64,000 nucleotides of DNA from Haliotis rubra (GCF_003918875.1 NW_025766958.1:310001-374000), one strand, 5' to 3'; positions 37,830-50,261 are shown, numbered from the stretch's first letter. Notes: a model not told the origin generated them from the letters alone. Made by a program: numbers and translations.

Positions 37830-39765
37830 ACAGGTTCGGAACGACTGGAGTCTTCCACCCCCAGCCGTTCCAGTACAACCAGCTCAAGTGGGTGGACGCT
37901 CCAACTACACTGGGAAAACTGGGGAATACTGCAAGATCCTTACGTCTCCAACATTATTCAACACGGATTTCGTATCCCTCTACAGGACAAGCCTCCGCTG
38001 ACAATCAAACCCCCCAAGTTCGATTTACAAGCGCAACAACTACCAAAGATAAAAGAGGCTGTCTCATCACTCCTATCCAAACAGGCCATAGAAGTAATAG
38101 ATCAAGCAAACGTCGAACCAGGTTTCTACTCCCCAGTTTTCCTAGTTCCCAAGAAAAACTCCACGGAGAAATACAGACTCATCTACAACATGAGCTTTTT
38201 CAACAAGAACTATCTACGCAAACCACCGAAGTTTCGCATGATACATTTACCTCAGTTACGCCAGATGATTCGTCCTATGGACTACATGGGCAGCATAGAT
38301 CTACAGGATGCCTACTTGCACATCCCCATTCATCCCGATTCCAGGAAATACCTACGATTTACTCTAGAAGGGCTACATTACCAGTGGAAAGTACTCCCAT
38401 TCGGAATATCATCAGCCCCCTGGCTATTCACGAGGATAACGAAACCGATTATCAAATTTCTACATCGTCAAAGGGCTACGAGTGCGCTTTACCTCGACGA
38501 CGGGATACAAGTAGATCAAGATCCACTGCGCCTCAAACTACAGTTAAATTACATCATAAAGCTACTAACACAACTAGGTTGGTTAGTAAACTTACGCAAG
38601 TCGGACCTAGTACCATCGCAAGACCTACAGTTCCTAGGTATTCGATTCATCACAAATCGCAACCGTATTATGGTACCAGAAGACCGTTGGCTCAAGATAC
38701 AACAGACCATTCCACCAGCTCTACTCTCTCCGCTACCACTGCGACAATGGCAGAGCCTACTAGGTCTTCTCACATCAGCCCAAGACATGACTGTCACAGG
38801 CAGATTACAGTTACGCCCCCTACAGGTCTCATCAACGCACATCTCAACGATGTACAACCATTCAGTCTACCGAAAACATCTCAGACCACATCTACTATGG
38901 TGGACCAAGAAATCGAATGTCTGCGAAGGGATTTGTTTAGCAGAGCAGGAATACAAAACCCATCTGTATGTAGACGCGTCACTCCAAGGTTGGGGAGCTC
39001 ATCTCACCAACCACACGATATCAGGGTTATGGAATCAGCAAGAATGCAAACTCCATATAAACAGTCTAGAAATGAAAGCTGTAATCAACGCCATTCTACA
39101 TTGGAGCACATTTCTACAAAATGCGCGCCTAATGATCCATACAGACAATTCGACAGTGGCGTTCTACATAAACAAGCAAGGCTCAACGAGATCGATGAAC
39201 CTTTTGAACCTAAGCTTTCAACTGTTCGATTTAATACAAGATCTAAATCTACATGTCAGAGCAGTGCACATTCCCGGGAGCCAGAAATATACTAGCAGAC
39301 GCTCTCTCTCGGCCTCATCTACCATCACCGACAGAGTGGATGATCAACCGGGAAATTTTTGCACAGATAATCAAGCAATTAGGAGCGCCGCTAATAGACC
39401 TATTCGCCACGCGATTCAACAATCAGCTACCGACATTCGTGTCACCAGTCCCAGACCCCCAAGCTTGGGCAACGGACGCTCTAAGTCTATCATGGGAAGG
39501 CCTCAATGCGTACGCGTTTCCGCCGCCAGCAATAATACCTCAAGTATTACAGAAAATCAGACAAACACAGAGCCTACAACTCACTTTGGTCGCGCCCTAC
39601 TGGCCGGCCAGAACGTGGTTTCCCATACTAATTCAAGAAATCGGTCAACCAACACTGGAGCTACCCAAGCGCGCAAACCTGTTAATTCATCCTCACACCA
39701 AACAAGTGCACGGAAACCCAGCAATGTTCCAACTACACGTATGGACTGTATACAAATGTGTTTAA
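37830..39765 (+). pseudogene. DIRS ORF2: reverse transcriptase, RNase H and DNA N6-adenine methyltransferase-like domain, frameshifted near 37899 and 39279
   Basis: VGGR/LQLHW, GFYSPVFLVPKK, IDLQDAY, LPFGISSAP, YLDD; RNase H VDAS..GWGA, HINSLE, TDN, HIPG/ARNILADALSR; MT-like IDLFAT, DAL..SW, YAFPP, VAPYWP..TWFP. Start approximate. Confidence 0.92.
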
Positions 39766-40835
39766 ACAAGAGAGGATATTCTGCCAGGGCGGCAAAAGCA
39801 GTCACGCTTGCCTTACGTTACTCAACTCGTAACTTGTACGACGACAAGTGGCACAGTTTCGAAAATTATGCAACAAAGAAAGGGTTTACAGCAAGAGAGG
39901 CTTCACAACCTCAAGTGGCAGACTATTTGTGTTACCTACGCCAAAACAAACATTTAAAAGGTTCAACGATATCAACATATCTTGCCGCGCTTAGCTCTGT
40001 AATCACCATGAGAACGGGTGTCAAATTGACAAGATCTCCAGAGTTACTGGCCTTACTACGAGCTTTCCGATTGGAGGACCAAAAGCGGAAGTTCCACGCC
40101 CCAGCTTGGGATCTGAATGTAGTGTTACAACACCTCACGAGTGAGGTCTATGAACCTTTGGAATCGACAAACTTTGAATTTCTCTCACAGAAAACATTGT
40201 TTCTGCTATCGCTAGCCACAGCAGCAAGAATGTCTGAAATTCACGCTCTGGATTACGAGAGGATACAGTTTGATGACAATCATAACACAGCGCACCTCGG
40301 ATTAAGATGGGATTTCATTGCAAAGAATCAACTGCCAGGTCAACCAGACAGATTATTCCACATCCCGGCGCTATCCTCTATTCTCGGATCACAAGATACA
40401 CAAGACCTATCACTGTGTCCGGTAAGAGCGCTCAAAGTTTATTTACGACGATCCAAAACAAGGAGAAGATTTCTCAAACGTTTATTCATCCCATTATCGC
40501 CTACGAATCAAACAGAAGTGTCACGGACCACAATATCTATTTGGATAAGGACTGTCATTCTCCGTGCCTACAAGGCAGCAGGCTTGGACCCACCAACAGC
40601 ATCAAATCCACATGAGATCAGGGCACTGGCCTCTACCCTCGCCCTACACGGTAACTGTTCCTTGAACACGATTATGGAAGGATGCTATTGGAAATCTAAC
40701 ATGGTATTTGCTAATCACTACCTAAGAGACATCACTACAGAAGATGTCTCTGGCATTCACCATTTCGACCACTGGTCCTCGCCAGCAACTGACAGTCCCT
40801 CAGAGGGCGTTAAAATATTAGCCTCACAAGATTAA
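39740..40835 (+). CDS. DIRS tyrosine recombinase domain (C-terminal part of ORF3)
   Basis: LATAARMSE (R), FIAKNQ (K), LCPVRAL, PHEIRA (HxxR), YWKS (W), NHYLRD (Y) catalytic set. Confidence 0.93.
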
Positions 40836-41192
40836 TATGTATTTTATACATACTCATCTAGCTTATAACTCTAAGGAGTTTTAGGGCTATGTATATATGT
40901 TCAGCTTAAGTATTCTACCTTAAGCATATACTTGATATAGTCAATTTCAGTGCCTCTATCAGAGTCACCTATATATATATATATATAATTTATATGTATT
41001 GTTCAATATATTCATAATGTAATTCCCTTTAATGGCTTTATATAACCTATGGTTTTCTTTATACAGGATACATCCTAAATCTAAGACTTCATGAAGTTCC
41101 CGAGGGGATATTACAGTATATCTATACAAAATCACTAATTATAAATCCAAAGTATTCTGTTACCCACCTCCGCTCAGAGGATGCTACAAGTT

Positions 41193-41271
41193 AAAAGAGC
41201 ATGAGTCAGGATAAGGAAAAATATGTAATTTTTAGAGTAAAATTGATATTTTATACTTATCCTGACTCATG
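41193..41271 (+). other. DIRS internal complementary region (ICR)
   Basis: 41193-41221 is complementary to the start of the left ITR; 41226-41271 is complementary to the extreme right end. This is the DIRS1 circularisation signature. Confidence 0.92.
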
Positions 41272-41344
41272 AGGTTAGCCCTCCCATCCTCCCCACATAA
41301 CACTTTGGATTTCCTGTAAATTCAAGTGTTGGGCTCGCTAAATC

Positions 41345-41612
41345 AGGAGAGAGTGGAGCACATGGCCAGAGGGTGGCTGCGACACCTTTTCCGCCAGGGG
41401 AGACAAAGGGGAGCAACTCGTGGTGAGTACCAATTAGTGATTTTATTTTGAAGGAGCTTCAAATAAGGAGATACAAGTGTTCAAATAAGGAGATACAAGT
41501 GTTCCACTATGTTCTTTACTGATGTGTGCTCTTCAAGAAGAAGAAGACAAGCAGAAAGGAAAAGAGCATGAGTCAGGATAAGTATAAAATATCAATTTTA
41601 CTCTAAAAATTA
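41345..41612 (-). repeat. DIRS right inverted terminal repeat with 3' extension
   Basis: Complementary to the left ITR; carries an internal 22-bp tandem duplication (caaataaggagatacaagtgtt) and an extension ending ctctaaaaatta. Confidence 0.92.
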
Positions 41613-41678
41613 GGATTTTTGACAAAAATAAGTTTGAAGTTGGTGTCACTGGGTCTCACTGCTGTTTGTGTTTTGCAG

Positions 41679-41815
41679 ATCGTAACTCGATGACCGACGG
41701 TGTTCTAGACGACCTGAAGGTGGATGATGATCAACTGAGTCAAATGCTGCACACGCTGATGGGAGAGGCAAAGCAGATCCGGTCCGGCACAGCCAGGCAG
41801 CTCTCCACAAGCTAG
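41679..41815 (+). CDS. RTKN: Probable terminal coding exon of rhotekin (xRNSMTDGVLDDLKVDDDQLSQMLHTLMGEAKQIRSGTARQLSTS*)
   Basis: Strong tgttttgcag acceptor; GC-rich coding-like composition; open to TAG when read in phase 1. Does not join in frame directly to exon 34809-34934. Confidence 0.65.
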
Positions 41816-44800
41816 ACCTGAACACTCCATTGCCAAACCACAACATTAACGCATCTCAGAGTTGGTAGTATCCCTGCATTACTATCATCCATACATCCAT
41901 ACACCATGCGACACTTGTTGCCTCGACTTGAGTATGTGCTCGACTCACGAGATTGAGGACTAATGCTTATTATTCTGGAGAAGTTTGTGGACAGTGAATG
42001 CTTGTTCCAGTGTTGACAAATACAACACGTTAGAGGCTCCTGGTAGCAGACAGCTGCTCGGTCACTTTACAGCAAATGGTATGTTGAAGGTCATACTGTG
42101 TGATACAGACATGTGACGTTAATGAAATTATTAAGTTTAGGTGTGGACATCAAAGCAGGAGAACCTCGGTCAAAGTTACTTCAGACATCTATACAGGCAT
42201 CTACTGTACTTTGATGTTATGTCGGAGTGGTATAACTATGAATATATGGCAGGGACAGAAGTTACCATCAACTGTCAGAATCTGTGGACACAACAGTAGA
42301 AATGTTCAGTGGAAGCTTTGATATCTTTGGACATCACAGCACAAGAGACATCTGACTGAAGTTACTATGAATACCAACAGAAGTGTCAGCTAAGGACATC
42401 AGAGGACAGACTATTCTGTAATGGAAGCAGACGGACGTCTACTCTGTGTTACCAGACATGGAGAGATACATCTGCTTGCTGCATCTCTTGTAGGACAGAA
42501 CTGACCTGTTGATGAAGGAGGTGTACCAATATGTCTGCAGCAGTCTGTTTTCTGGTCTGTCAGTATCTTGTCAAGCTTGCTTCATAGAGTGTCTCCAAGG
42601 AAAGAAGAGAAGGAGATCTGCCTTTTCCAATCAGCTTTGATCTTGATGTGTTTCAGAGGGCATTCCATCTCCAAGACCTGGAAGATCTAATTCACGTGGA
42701 ATATTCGTTTGTACATCTCATATGGTTCTATTTTCATAAGGCACATGATCTTTTCAAACATGATTCTTTAAATGATGTTCATTAATGACCGTACTGTGCA
42801 AATATGACATTCTTCATCATGATGTGGTGTTCTGTGTTACTTGTGGAACCGGTTGTGTTGCCATAGTTACAGGAGGAATGTTTTCCAAGATTTGGCTTCA
42901 TCCCGCCTTTCCTACCTGGTTTCTCGTCAGTGCCAACATTGTGTTAGTCATGACTATCATCTATTTCTCATGAAAATTTCATTAGCCAGTTAGAAAGAGA
43001 CTTGTCATTATGAAATGACAAAAATGTATTGTATGGATTGTAGCCTCTTCTTTATGTAAAAAAAAAATGTTTTATAGTCATCAAACTATGAGAAACTATG
43101 ATATTATTCCATCAAAATGTACTTAAGTGAAATTTTATGACTTAATTTTATGTTATAACCCTTGATGGATTAAATCTTAATGAAAAAAGTATGTTAATGT
43201 TTAACTTGCAAGGATTATCTCCCTTTCCTTTCTCCATATATGTACATTTGAAAATGACGAACAGAATTGTTAAATATATGCATCATACTGTGATCATATA
43301 TATCTGTACCTGTGTCGTATCTCCAAATTATAGCAAATTTTGAAAATATCTGCATTTTGTTTATAAGTTGCCATGGTTACCAGTAAACCATGTATGTAAT
43401 GGTATTATGTGCTGTCATTTGTCGTAGCATGTGAAGATATGATACACCAGTGTAATGGCATCTGTCATGAGTCTTGAGTATGCTATGTTGATAGTTGTGA
43501 AGTAATGATAGGACGGTACTAATACGTATCATGTACCAGTCGTATGATTACCTAAGATTTATTTGCCAACCAAAGATGTACTGTTTTTAGGATCTTAAGT
43601 CCTTTGCTCAAACAAACAAGCTCCTTAAAACATTGTATGCCTTGTGTGATTTGCGTTTTGTAAACATATGTTACTCTGTTGGAATGGATACATATAAATG
43701 TTCGTGTGCATGGTTTCTATCAAATCTATTCAATTTGTAGAACTCAATATTGAATGCAGCTAGTCCAGGAAGAGACTTTATTAATGTGGGTGGATAGTTG
43801 CATCTGGGAATAAAACAGTACTTAACAAATTGCTGCAATGTGTAAATTAAATGTTAGGAGTTGTCTCATGGCCAAAAATATCTCACCCTCCTTAAAGTTT
43901 TTATTTTGTTTTTGAGTTGATAGGATAAAAAAAACTAAATCAATTGGTCATATGACTGATTCAAGTATACAGATGAGCTAATAAGCCCATGAGCTATTAT
44001 TGTGTCCACAACAGAAGTCCGAATAGATAACATACACCATGTCGTTTAGAGGGGAGGGGGTATTGATTAAGACATGTTTTTTTTATGAAATCTGGAAACA
44101 AACTGATTTGATTTTATTACATACCAAATAGAAGACTATGTGTTTTCCAGAAATGTAGTAACTGTTTAGTAAATTAGGTTCTCAAAAGAGATGTGACATT
44201 AAAAAACGCAGCAAGAAATTTTGCTGAAAGTTGGAAGGCCAGAGTAAGGTATGTGTTATTTGATTTGTAAAAGTCCCCTGACCATGCATTTAAACTCTCC
44301 AATCAAATATATATCCACCTAAATTGTCATGAAGTACCTAGTCTATTCATGAAGTCTGCTTCAAGATGAGCACATACTGTTTTCCTTCTGACTTTGCTGA
44401 ACGTTAAATTAAGTCCAGAGTAACTTGCATTTGTATGAGTATCCAGACCATGCATTTAAATACATCAATCAAATATTTATCCAGGTACAACACTCTGAAT
44501 TGCCTAGTCTTTTCATGAAGTCTGTTAAGATGTTTGCCTTCTGTCAGAGCTGTAAGTAGTTGTTAGAAGCTAGTATGTGTGTAACAACTGCTCACAAACT
44601 GCCAAAGCTGTGCATGATATTATCCGTCATGTGTATGTATAGTGTACATACTCAACATTTGAACTGTGTATAGTGTTGTAATATTACATGTTCCATAATC
44701 ATACTTCATTGTCATGTTAGACAAATATGTTAGTGATTCAAATACCTGTCTTAAAAAAACTTTGGTCTTTATTTAAAGACATTTTTACTTTACCTTTGAA

Positions 44801-47800
44801 ACAAAATTAAAAACTTAAAACACAAAGATAGATGTTGGCAGGAATGTTATTTTATTTTTTGGATGATTAATATTTGAAGGATTTTTTAATTTTGGAAATG
44901 CAAATAGTCTATTCAGACCTTTTAACTGTGAGTCATTCTGTTGTGTACGAAGACAGGTGTTCCTGGAATCAGGTCTAGACAACCAGTTTTATCAGTATAT
45001 ATATTAGGAGGATTCCCACTATTTATTTGAAATATTTCCCTGATGGTGCAGCCTGATGCTGTAGGAAACCACTGTAACAGCCTTATACTCTCACTCCTGT
45101 ATTTTCATAGAATCCAATATTTTGAATAATAATACAAGACGTGACAATCAGGTGATTTAAAGCAATGTTTTCTCTTGAAAACGTTTCCACTTGAATGGAT
45201 ATATAATTGAGAGTTTGAGGGAAATCTTGCAAAACTTTTCTAAATGGCATAATTAATAGGTTAGATTAAGTCTTTACCACTACTTCAAATCCTTGAATAT
45301 ATGATTTAGATGTTGACTATGATATTAAAAGTCGTGAAAATTTATTATTTTCATGATACATTTAAATGACAATCTTCTCATTAAAACTATGATGTTGTGG
45401 TTTGTCTGTTGAATATGAATACAGAATTTCAGCTGACAGATATTGAATATTTCAAATTAAATATAAATGGCTTATTTAATTAAAATGTTTCATTGACTGA
45501 ATATTTGACATTTACCGGTAGTAAGCTCTTCAATACTTGTCTTAATGTCATGACATTATCCTTGCCATTGCATTGTTGTCTAGTCCGATGTCAACATTAT
45601 CACACGTATTGTCCAGTCAGCTTCCTCATGTTGTCCATTGTTAAACAATAGCTGTCGGGGAGATATTAGCGTGGAAGCCTATTGTTGAGCCAGTACTCAC
45701 CTGTTTGATACTGATGAACAGACTTAAGAAATATTGATGTGAACAGTATGTGTTTGGTTGTAGAAGGCACTGCAGTGGAATGTGACCACTTTCTCGTGGA
45801 GTTCATGCTCTGTATGTGCCAGTGTGTACTGGTAACATAAACTTGACACATTTACTGTCATCCATTCACAACCTTTTCTCCAGGGCTGTTGATATCAACA
45901 TCACAGATAATACCAATCTTTGGGTTCTGTAGTCCCCGATCCTTGGGTTCAATTGTCAGGTTGTGACTGTTCTTAAGTTTGTTCACCAGAAGATTCTAAT
46001 GTTGATGAAAAGTAATAATCCTGGTTCTCAGAATAACTCACAAGAGACAAGAGCATTTGATTTGATCAAAGGTTTAAATTTGCTGGTATAATAAGTAGGA
46101 TTTTTAACAATTTAGGGTTGTAAAAATTCCATTGTTGAACATTTGAAGGGTTAATGAGTTGTCCTAATTATAGAGGAACAATTCTTCAGGTGAGGGAAAA
46201 GAGATTGTTCCATTTTCTGAAGGACTAAAGATATTTTTCTATGCTGAGAAGCAGCAGTCACAAGAGCACATTTTTATGCCTTTTACCTGACAACCTATAT
46301 TTTTATTTCATCAGCCTTTACTATCATCTTTGATATTGCTAATGAACCAGAGAGATATTGTCCGTTTATTGCGGTGAACTGCAAATAGCTACATCAGAGC
46401 TTATGCTGTAGAAATAGGCAGCCATGTACTGAGTTGAAATAGAAACGTTGTCATTGGTTAGATTATTCAGGATTATTCAAACATCAAGCATAATCATATT
46501 CAAATATCTTTTTACCAAATTTGAGATATTTGGAGTTATGAAAGAGTCATGAATTAAACTGATGTTTAAAATTACAAATTTAAGAGGCACATTGAAACCC
46601 GTTTTGTGTTCCTAAGGAGTTCCAAAGAAATTTGGTAATGCTGGTCACTTTGTTTTAGATATTCTGCCTTTGGCGTTTAAAAACTATATTGTTTAAGTGA
46701 TGTGAATACTTGCTGATTTAGCAAATACTGGTCTCAGTAGGCCTCTGACTGTTAGAATTGATGGTATTCTAGTTGTTGAGTTTACTAATTCAGTTGTTCT
46801 AGAACATTGTCAGGAATTTGCATTTAATTGTAGATGCAGTGCCTTATAGCAATATAACATTGAAGTTGTTCACGTTGAATTTAAATCCATGTTAAGATTT
46901 GAAAAAGCAGTGGATGCCCTTATATTTGACTTCAGTGTTTGATTATGCATTAAATTGATGTTGTCATAAGGGATATTTCCTTCAGAATTCTACAGTTATT
47001 TTTGTATTATAGATTAAATTATACATCAAGAATTAGAGATTTTTACGTCTAGTTGGTTTATTTTGCATAAGTCATTAATAACATTAAAACAGTCTCTCCA
47101 TATCAATAAAGGAATATTTTAGGATCTGTTTACAGGAAAGCATGTTTTGCCTGAAATATTGATTATATTAGAAAATTCAGTGTTTTGGTTGCGCACTAAT
47201 TTATGTTCAGGTGAACACAGAATGTCTTCAAGCTGTCAGTGAACCAACTGTTGTGTTTATCCACAACGTCTGCTCACATGAAGGCTGATGTTCATGAAGT
47301 GAAGATAGGTTTCATAATCACAGGGTAGAACATTTACATAAATAGACTCTTCCTGAGAAGTAGCTACATTTTTAAAACAAATATGTTATAAACAGTGTAC
47401 TCTTTAGTCATAAATATTGTTGAACCATACAGATTGTTATTCAGGTAACAGAATAACACATTAGCTGATGCACTGACACTGAGCAAAGTATAGAGTAGGA
47501 AGAACTTCCGGAAGATAGAGAACATGTGATTAGTCCTAGGAGTAAGGTTTTGTTTTAAAACTCTTCATCATTCCATAAATCAGTGATATGTTGTAAATTG
47601 TTCAAACAAGGCATAATAGACCAATCTTGACCAAGGTAGTTCCCTTTTCTTAGTATGTGTCATCCATTTTCCTTAGTGGTCCCCAAAGAGATGTTAGCAG
47701 GAACATTTTATTGTGTTAGGGCAGATAATAGTTTTGTCCAAATCTGATTCACATTCAGATGTGTCATAACCAATTTTTTTTGTTTCCTTTTTTTCTTGGA

Positions 47801-48440
47801 TAATTTTACCAAGATTGTTTTCTTTGGTTGAAGGGCACATGTCACTAGTGAAGAAATGTATTGACGCTCAAGTTGTGGCATTGTTACAATGTAATTGTCA
47901 TCACTATGATGGTGAAGTGTTTTGTGCAGCCTGTCATAAACTCATTACATCCACTCTCTGTCACCGTCTGTACTGCTGAATACCTTGTGATGCAATAAGG
48001 CTTGTCCCACAATAGGTCCATGCACTTACAAATCTTTGGCCACTGTCAAATTTCATGAAAGTGTTTTGTTTCACAAAAGTGTCGGTGAAGAATTTTGATT
48101 ACCAATATGAGGGCTGTTTTAACCTCCAGATGATTGTCCATGCAGTTACAAATATTAGGTCTGTGTCAAATTTCAAGAAATTTATGCGTTTATATGTTTA
48201 GGTCATATTGGAGGCAGTTTGTCGCGAGTATATTGTGACACGCGTTGGACCTATTGGGGACGAACCAGCTTTGTTCCAGTACCTCAGTCACGGCGCGCCT
48301 TCTTGGCCTGTGTTCAGTGAGATGACAGAGTTATCTCCCTTGTATAGCTGTACAAATGCTCTATAAACTCCACTGTCTTGGATTTGTCATGTCAATTAAA
48401 CGCCTTTGCAAAATAAAAAACTAAAAAACAAAACCATACT
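41816..48440 (+). other. Probable long 3' UTR of rhotekin with distal poly(A) signal
   Basis: Follows the stop codon; about 6.6 kb with no SINE A/B copy; ATTAAA (48395) and AATAAA (48412) followed by a GT-rich tract (48441-48462). Other AATAAA at 43809 and 47105. Confidence 0.5.
47999..48268. mobile_element. MITE in the distal putative 3' UTR
   Basis: Imperfect TIR ttgtcccacaataggtcca / tggacctattggggacgaa with an internal direct repeat. Confidence 0.55.
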
Positions 48441-48604
48441 GTGATTTTTGTTGTATTTCTTGGCGGCAAGCAATATGGATATCTTGTAAAGAAGTTGATG
48501 AGGTAATCAAAGTGATAAATGGTTTGAATTTTGCGTCTTAACAGCAAGAAAACTGCTTTAGCACATTAAGGCTAATTTAGCTAATTAAGACTGTCTATGA
48601 CCTG

Positions 48605-48840
48605 TGTGTGTATGTTTGTTTGTTATTTAAAACACTATCAAGGCTATATGACGACGGTCTGTCAATAATCGATTCTGGACTAGACAATCCAGTGATGGAT
48701 ATCACGAACATCGATCTACGAAACTGATACGATGACATGTGTCAACCAAGGCAGCGAGCCTGACCACCCGATCCCGTTAGTCGCCTCTTACGACCACATG
48801 GGTTACTGAAGATCAATTCTAACCCGGATTTTCACGGGTG
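48605..48840 (-). mobile_element. Retroposon family B, full length
   Basis: Same head and body; (AAAC)n tail. Confidence 0.88.
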
Positions 48841-49485
48841 CCCTGGGTCAGAATATTGTGAGAAGGCCCCCAAACCCTCTCCTGCACTCTGTTACACGCT
48901 TAGAACATTGTTGCACAGTGAATAATACTGACACATACCACATTGTCCTCACAGGATGTAATTTTTATCCAAGGTTCCATCTTCATGTTGGAAGAAAGAA
49001 CAAAACCACATCTTCGCATGCTGTTGCCTGACCAAGGGTCGTAATGGGAGCGGGTCTGGGATTCGAACCCACCACCAGCGGGTTCTGTCAATGGGCCCAC
49101 AGTATACTGGGGACAATATCATGGACAGATACACTTAAAACACCTACAAAATGTCCTGTAACTGTGTCCTGGTAAAGACCCAACAATGTGGTAACGCCCA
49201 CCCACACATCTCATATGCAACTTTGAACATACATTATGTGGGCAGCTTGTTTCAGTGTCGTAGTATCATTGATTTGGCAAAAGCCCATCATTAGGAAATG
49301 TGAAAGGAAGTAGCACGCGTGACGCGAAACAGGAACAAATGAAATCGGCAAGTTAATTTTCCTAAGGAAATTGTGACGAAACAACGGTGTTTAACAATAT
49401 CCATGGCAGTTGGGGCGTACAGATTCAGAAGCACACTGTGGATGGATTCGTGTAAGTATGGTTTGTTATATCATTGTGATTGTGT

Positions 49486-49730
49486 GTGTTTGGATTTTTT
49501 TGTTTAACTCCGCGCACAACATTATTCCAGCTATATGACGGCGGTTTGTAAATAATCGCGTCTGGACCAGACAATCCAGTGATCAACAGCACGAGGATCT
49601 ATCTACGTATTTGGGATACGATGAAATGTGTCAACTAAGTCAGCAAGCCTGACCACCCGATCCCGTTAGTCGCCTCTTACGACAAGCATGGGTTGCTGAA
49701 GACCAATTCTAACCCGGATCTTCACGTGTC
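49486..49730 (-). mobile_element. Retroposon family B, full length
   Basis: TSD attgtgattgtgt; same head. Confidence 0.9.
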
Positions 49731-50261
49731 GATTGTGATTGTGTAAAGTTAGGTTACATGACGTAGGATGACAGGACTACCATTCACTAAGGAAGTACAT
49801 GGCGAGTCACATCACTTTATATGTGCTAACAATACCAAGTAGAAAAGCAACAAATCTTGATTTAATATTTTGGGTCGTTATTAAACAAACACTTAAATCA
49901 ATACAGGTGCATGGTAGCCTTGTGGTTATGCGTTCGCTAATCACGCTGAAGACGCGGGATCCATTCCCTACATGGTGTGAATCTATTCACTCACTCACTC
50001 ACTCAAGGATAGGTGATGATATGGTATTTCTCAGCATTCAAACAAAGGACACTTATCGTATATCAAAGGCTGTATCCGTGACATGAGCTGAGGAAAAGAA
50101 TCTACTATAAGTCCTGTTTCAAATTTGAAAGCATTACACGATGTTCTGGTGATGACAAGAACAAGAAAAATGTCTCGTTCAACTTGCATTTGATATGCAT
50201 AAACAATTCAGATATTTAGATATAAAGTATTGGTCGTATATTTAGTTTATTAACTGATTTA

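Larger units (their letters stand above)
35245..41620 (+). mobile_element. DIRS1-type tyrosine-recombinase retrotransposon, full length, sense orientation in the last rhotekin intron
   Basis: Inverted terminal repeats, ICR, gag, RT/RNaseH/MT and YR ORFs; ATTTTT at both junctions (35245-35250, 41615-41620). Confidence 0.95.

Noticed and set aside
38190-40835. 881-aa ORF as a novel RT-RNaseH-recombinase fusion protein
   Set aside because: A single-base insertion near 39279 accounts for it and restores both canonical DIRS frames when removed.
35245-41620. Simple insertion-induced deletion at the DIRS boundaries
   Set aside because: Both termini are intact with a matching ATTTTT core, as expected for a clean integration. 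Recombination between two copies is not excluded.
49662-49730. Assignment of the family B head to HDV-like, hammerhead, twister or pistol ribozymes
   Set aside because: No room for the HDV P3/L3 module, no CTGATGA/GAAA core, no twister UCCCAAGC/GAGGG pair, and stem order differs from pistol. Kept as an unclassified candidate.
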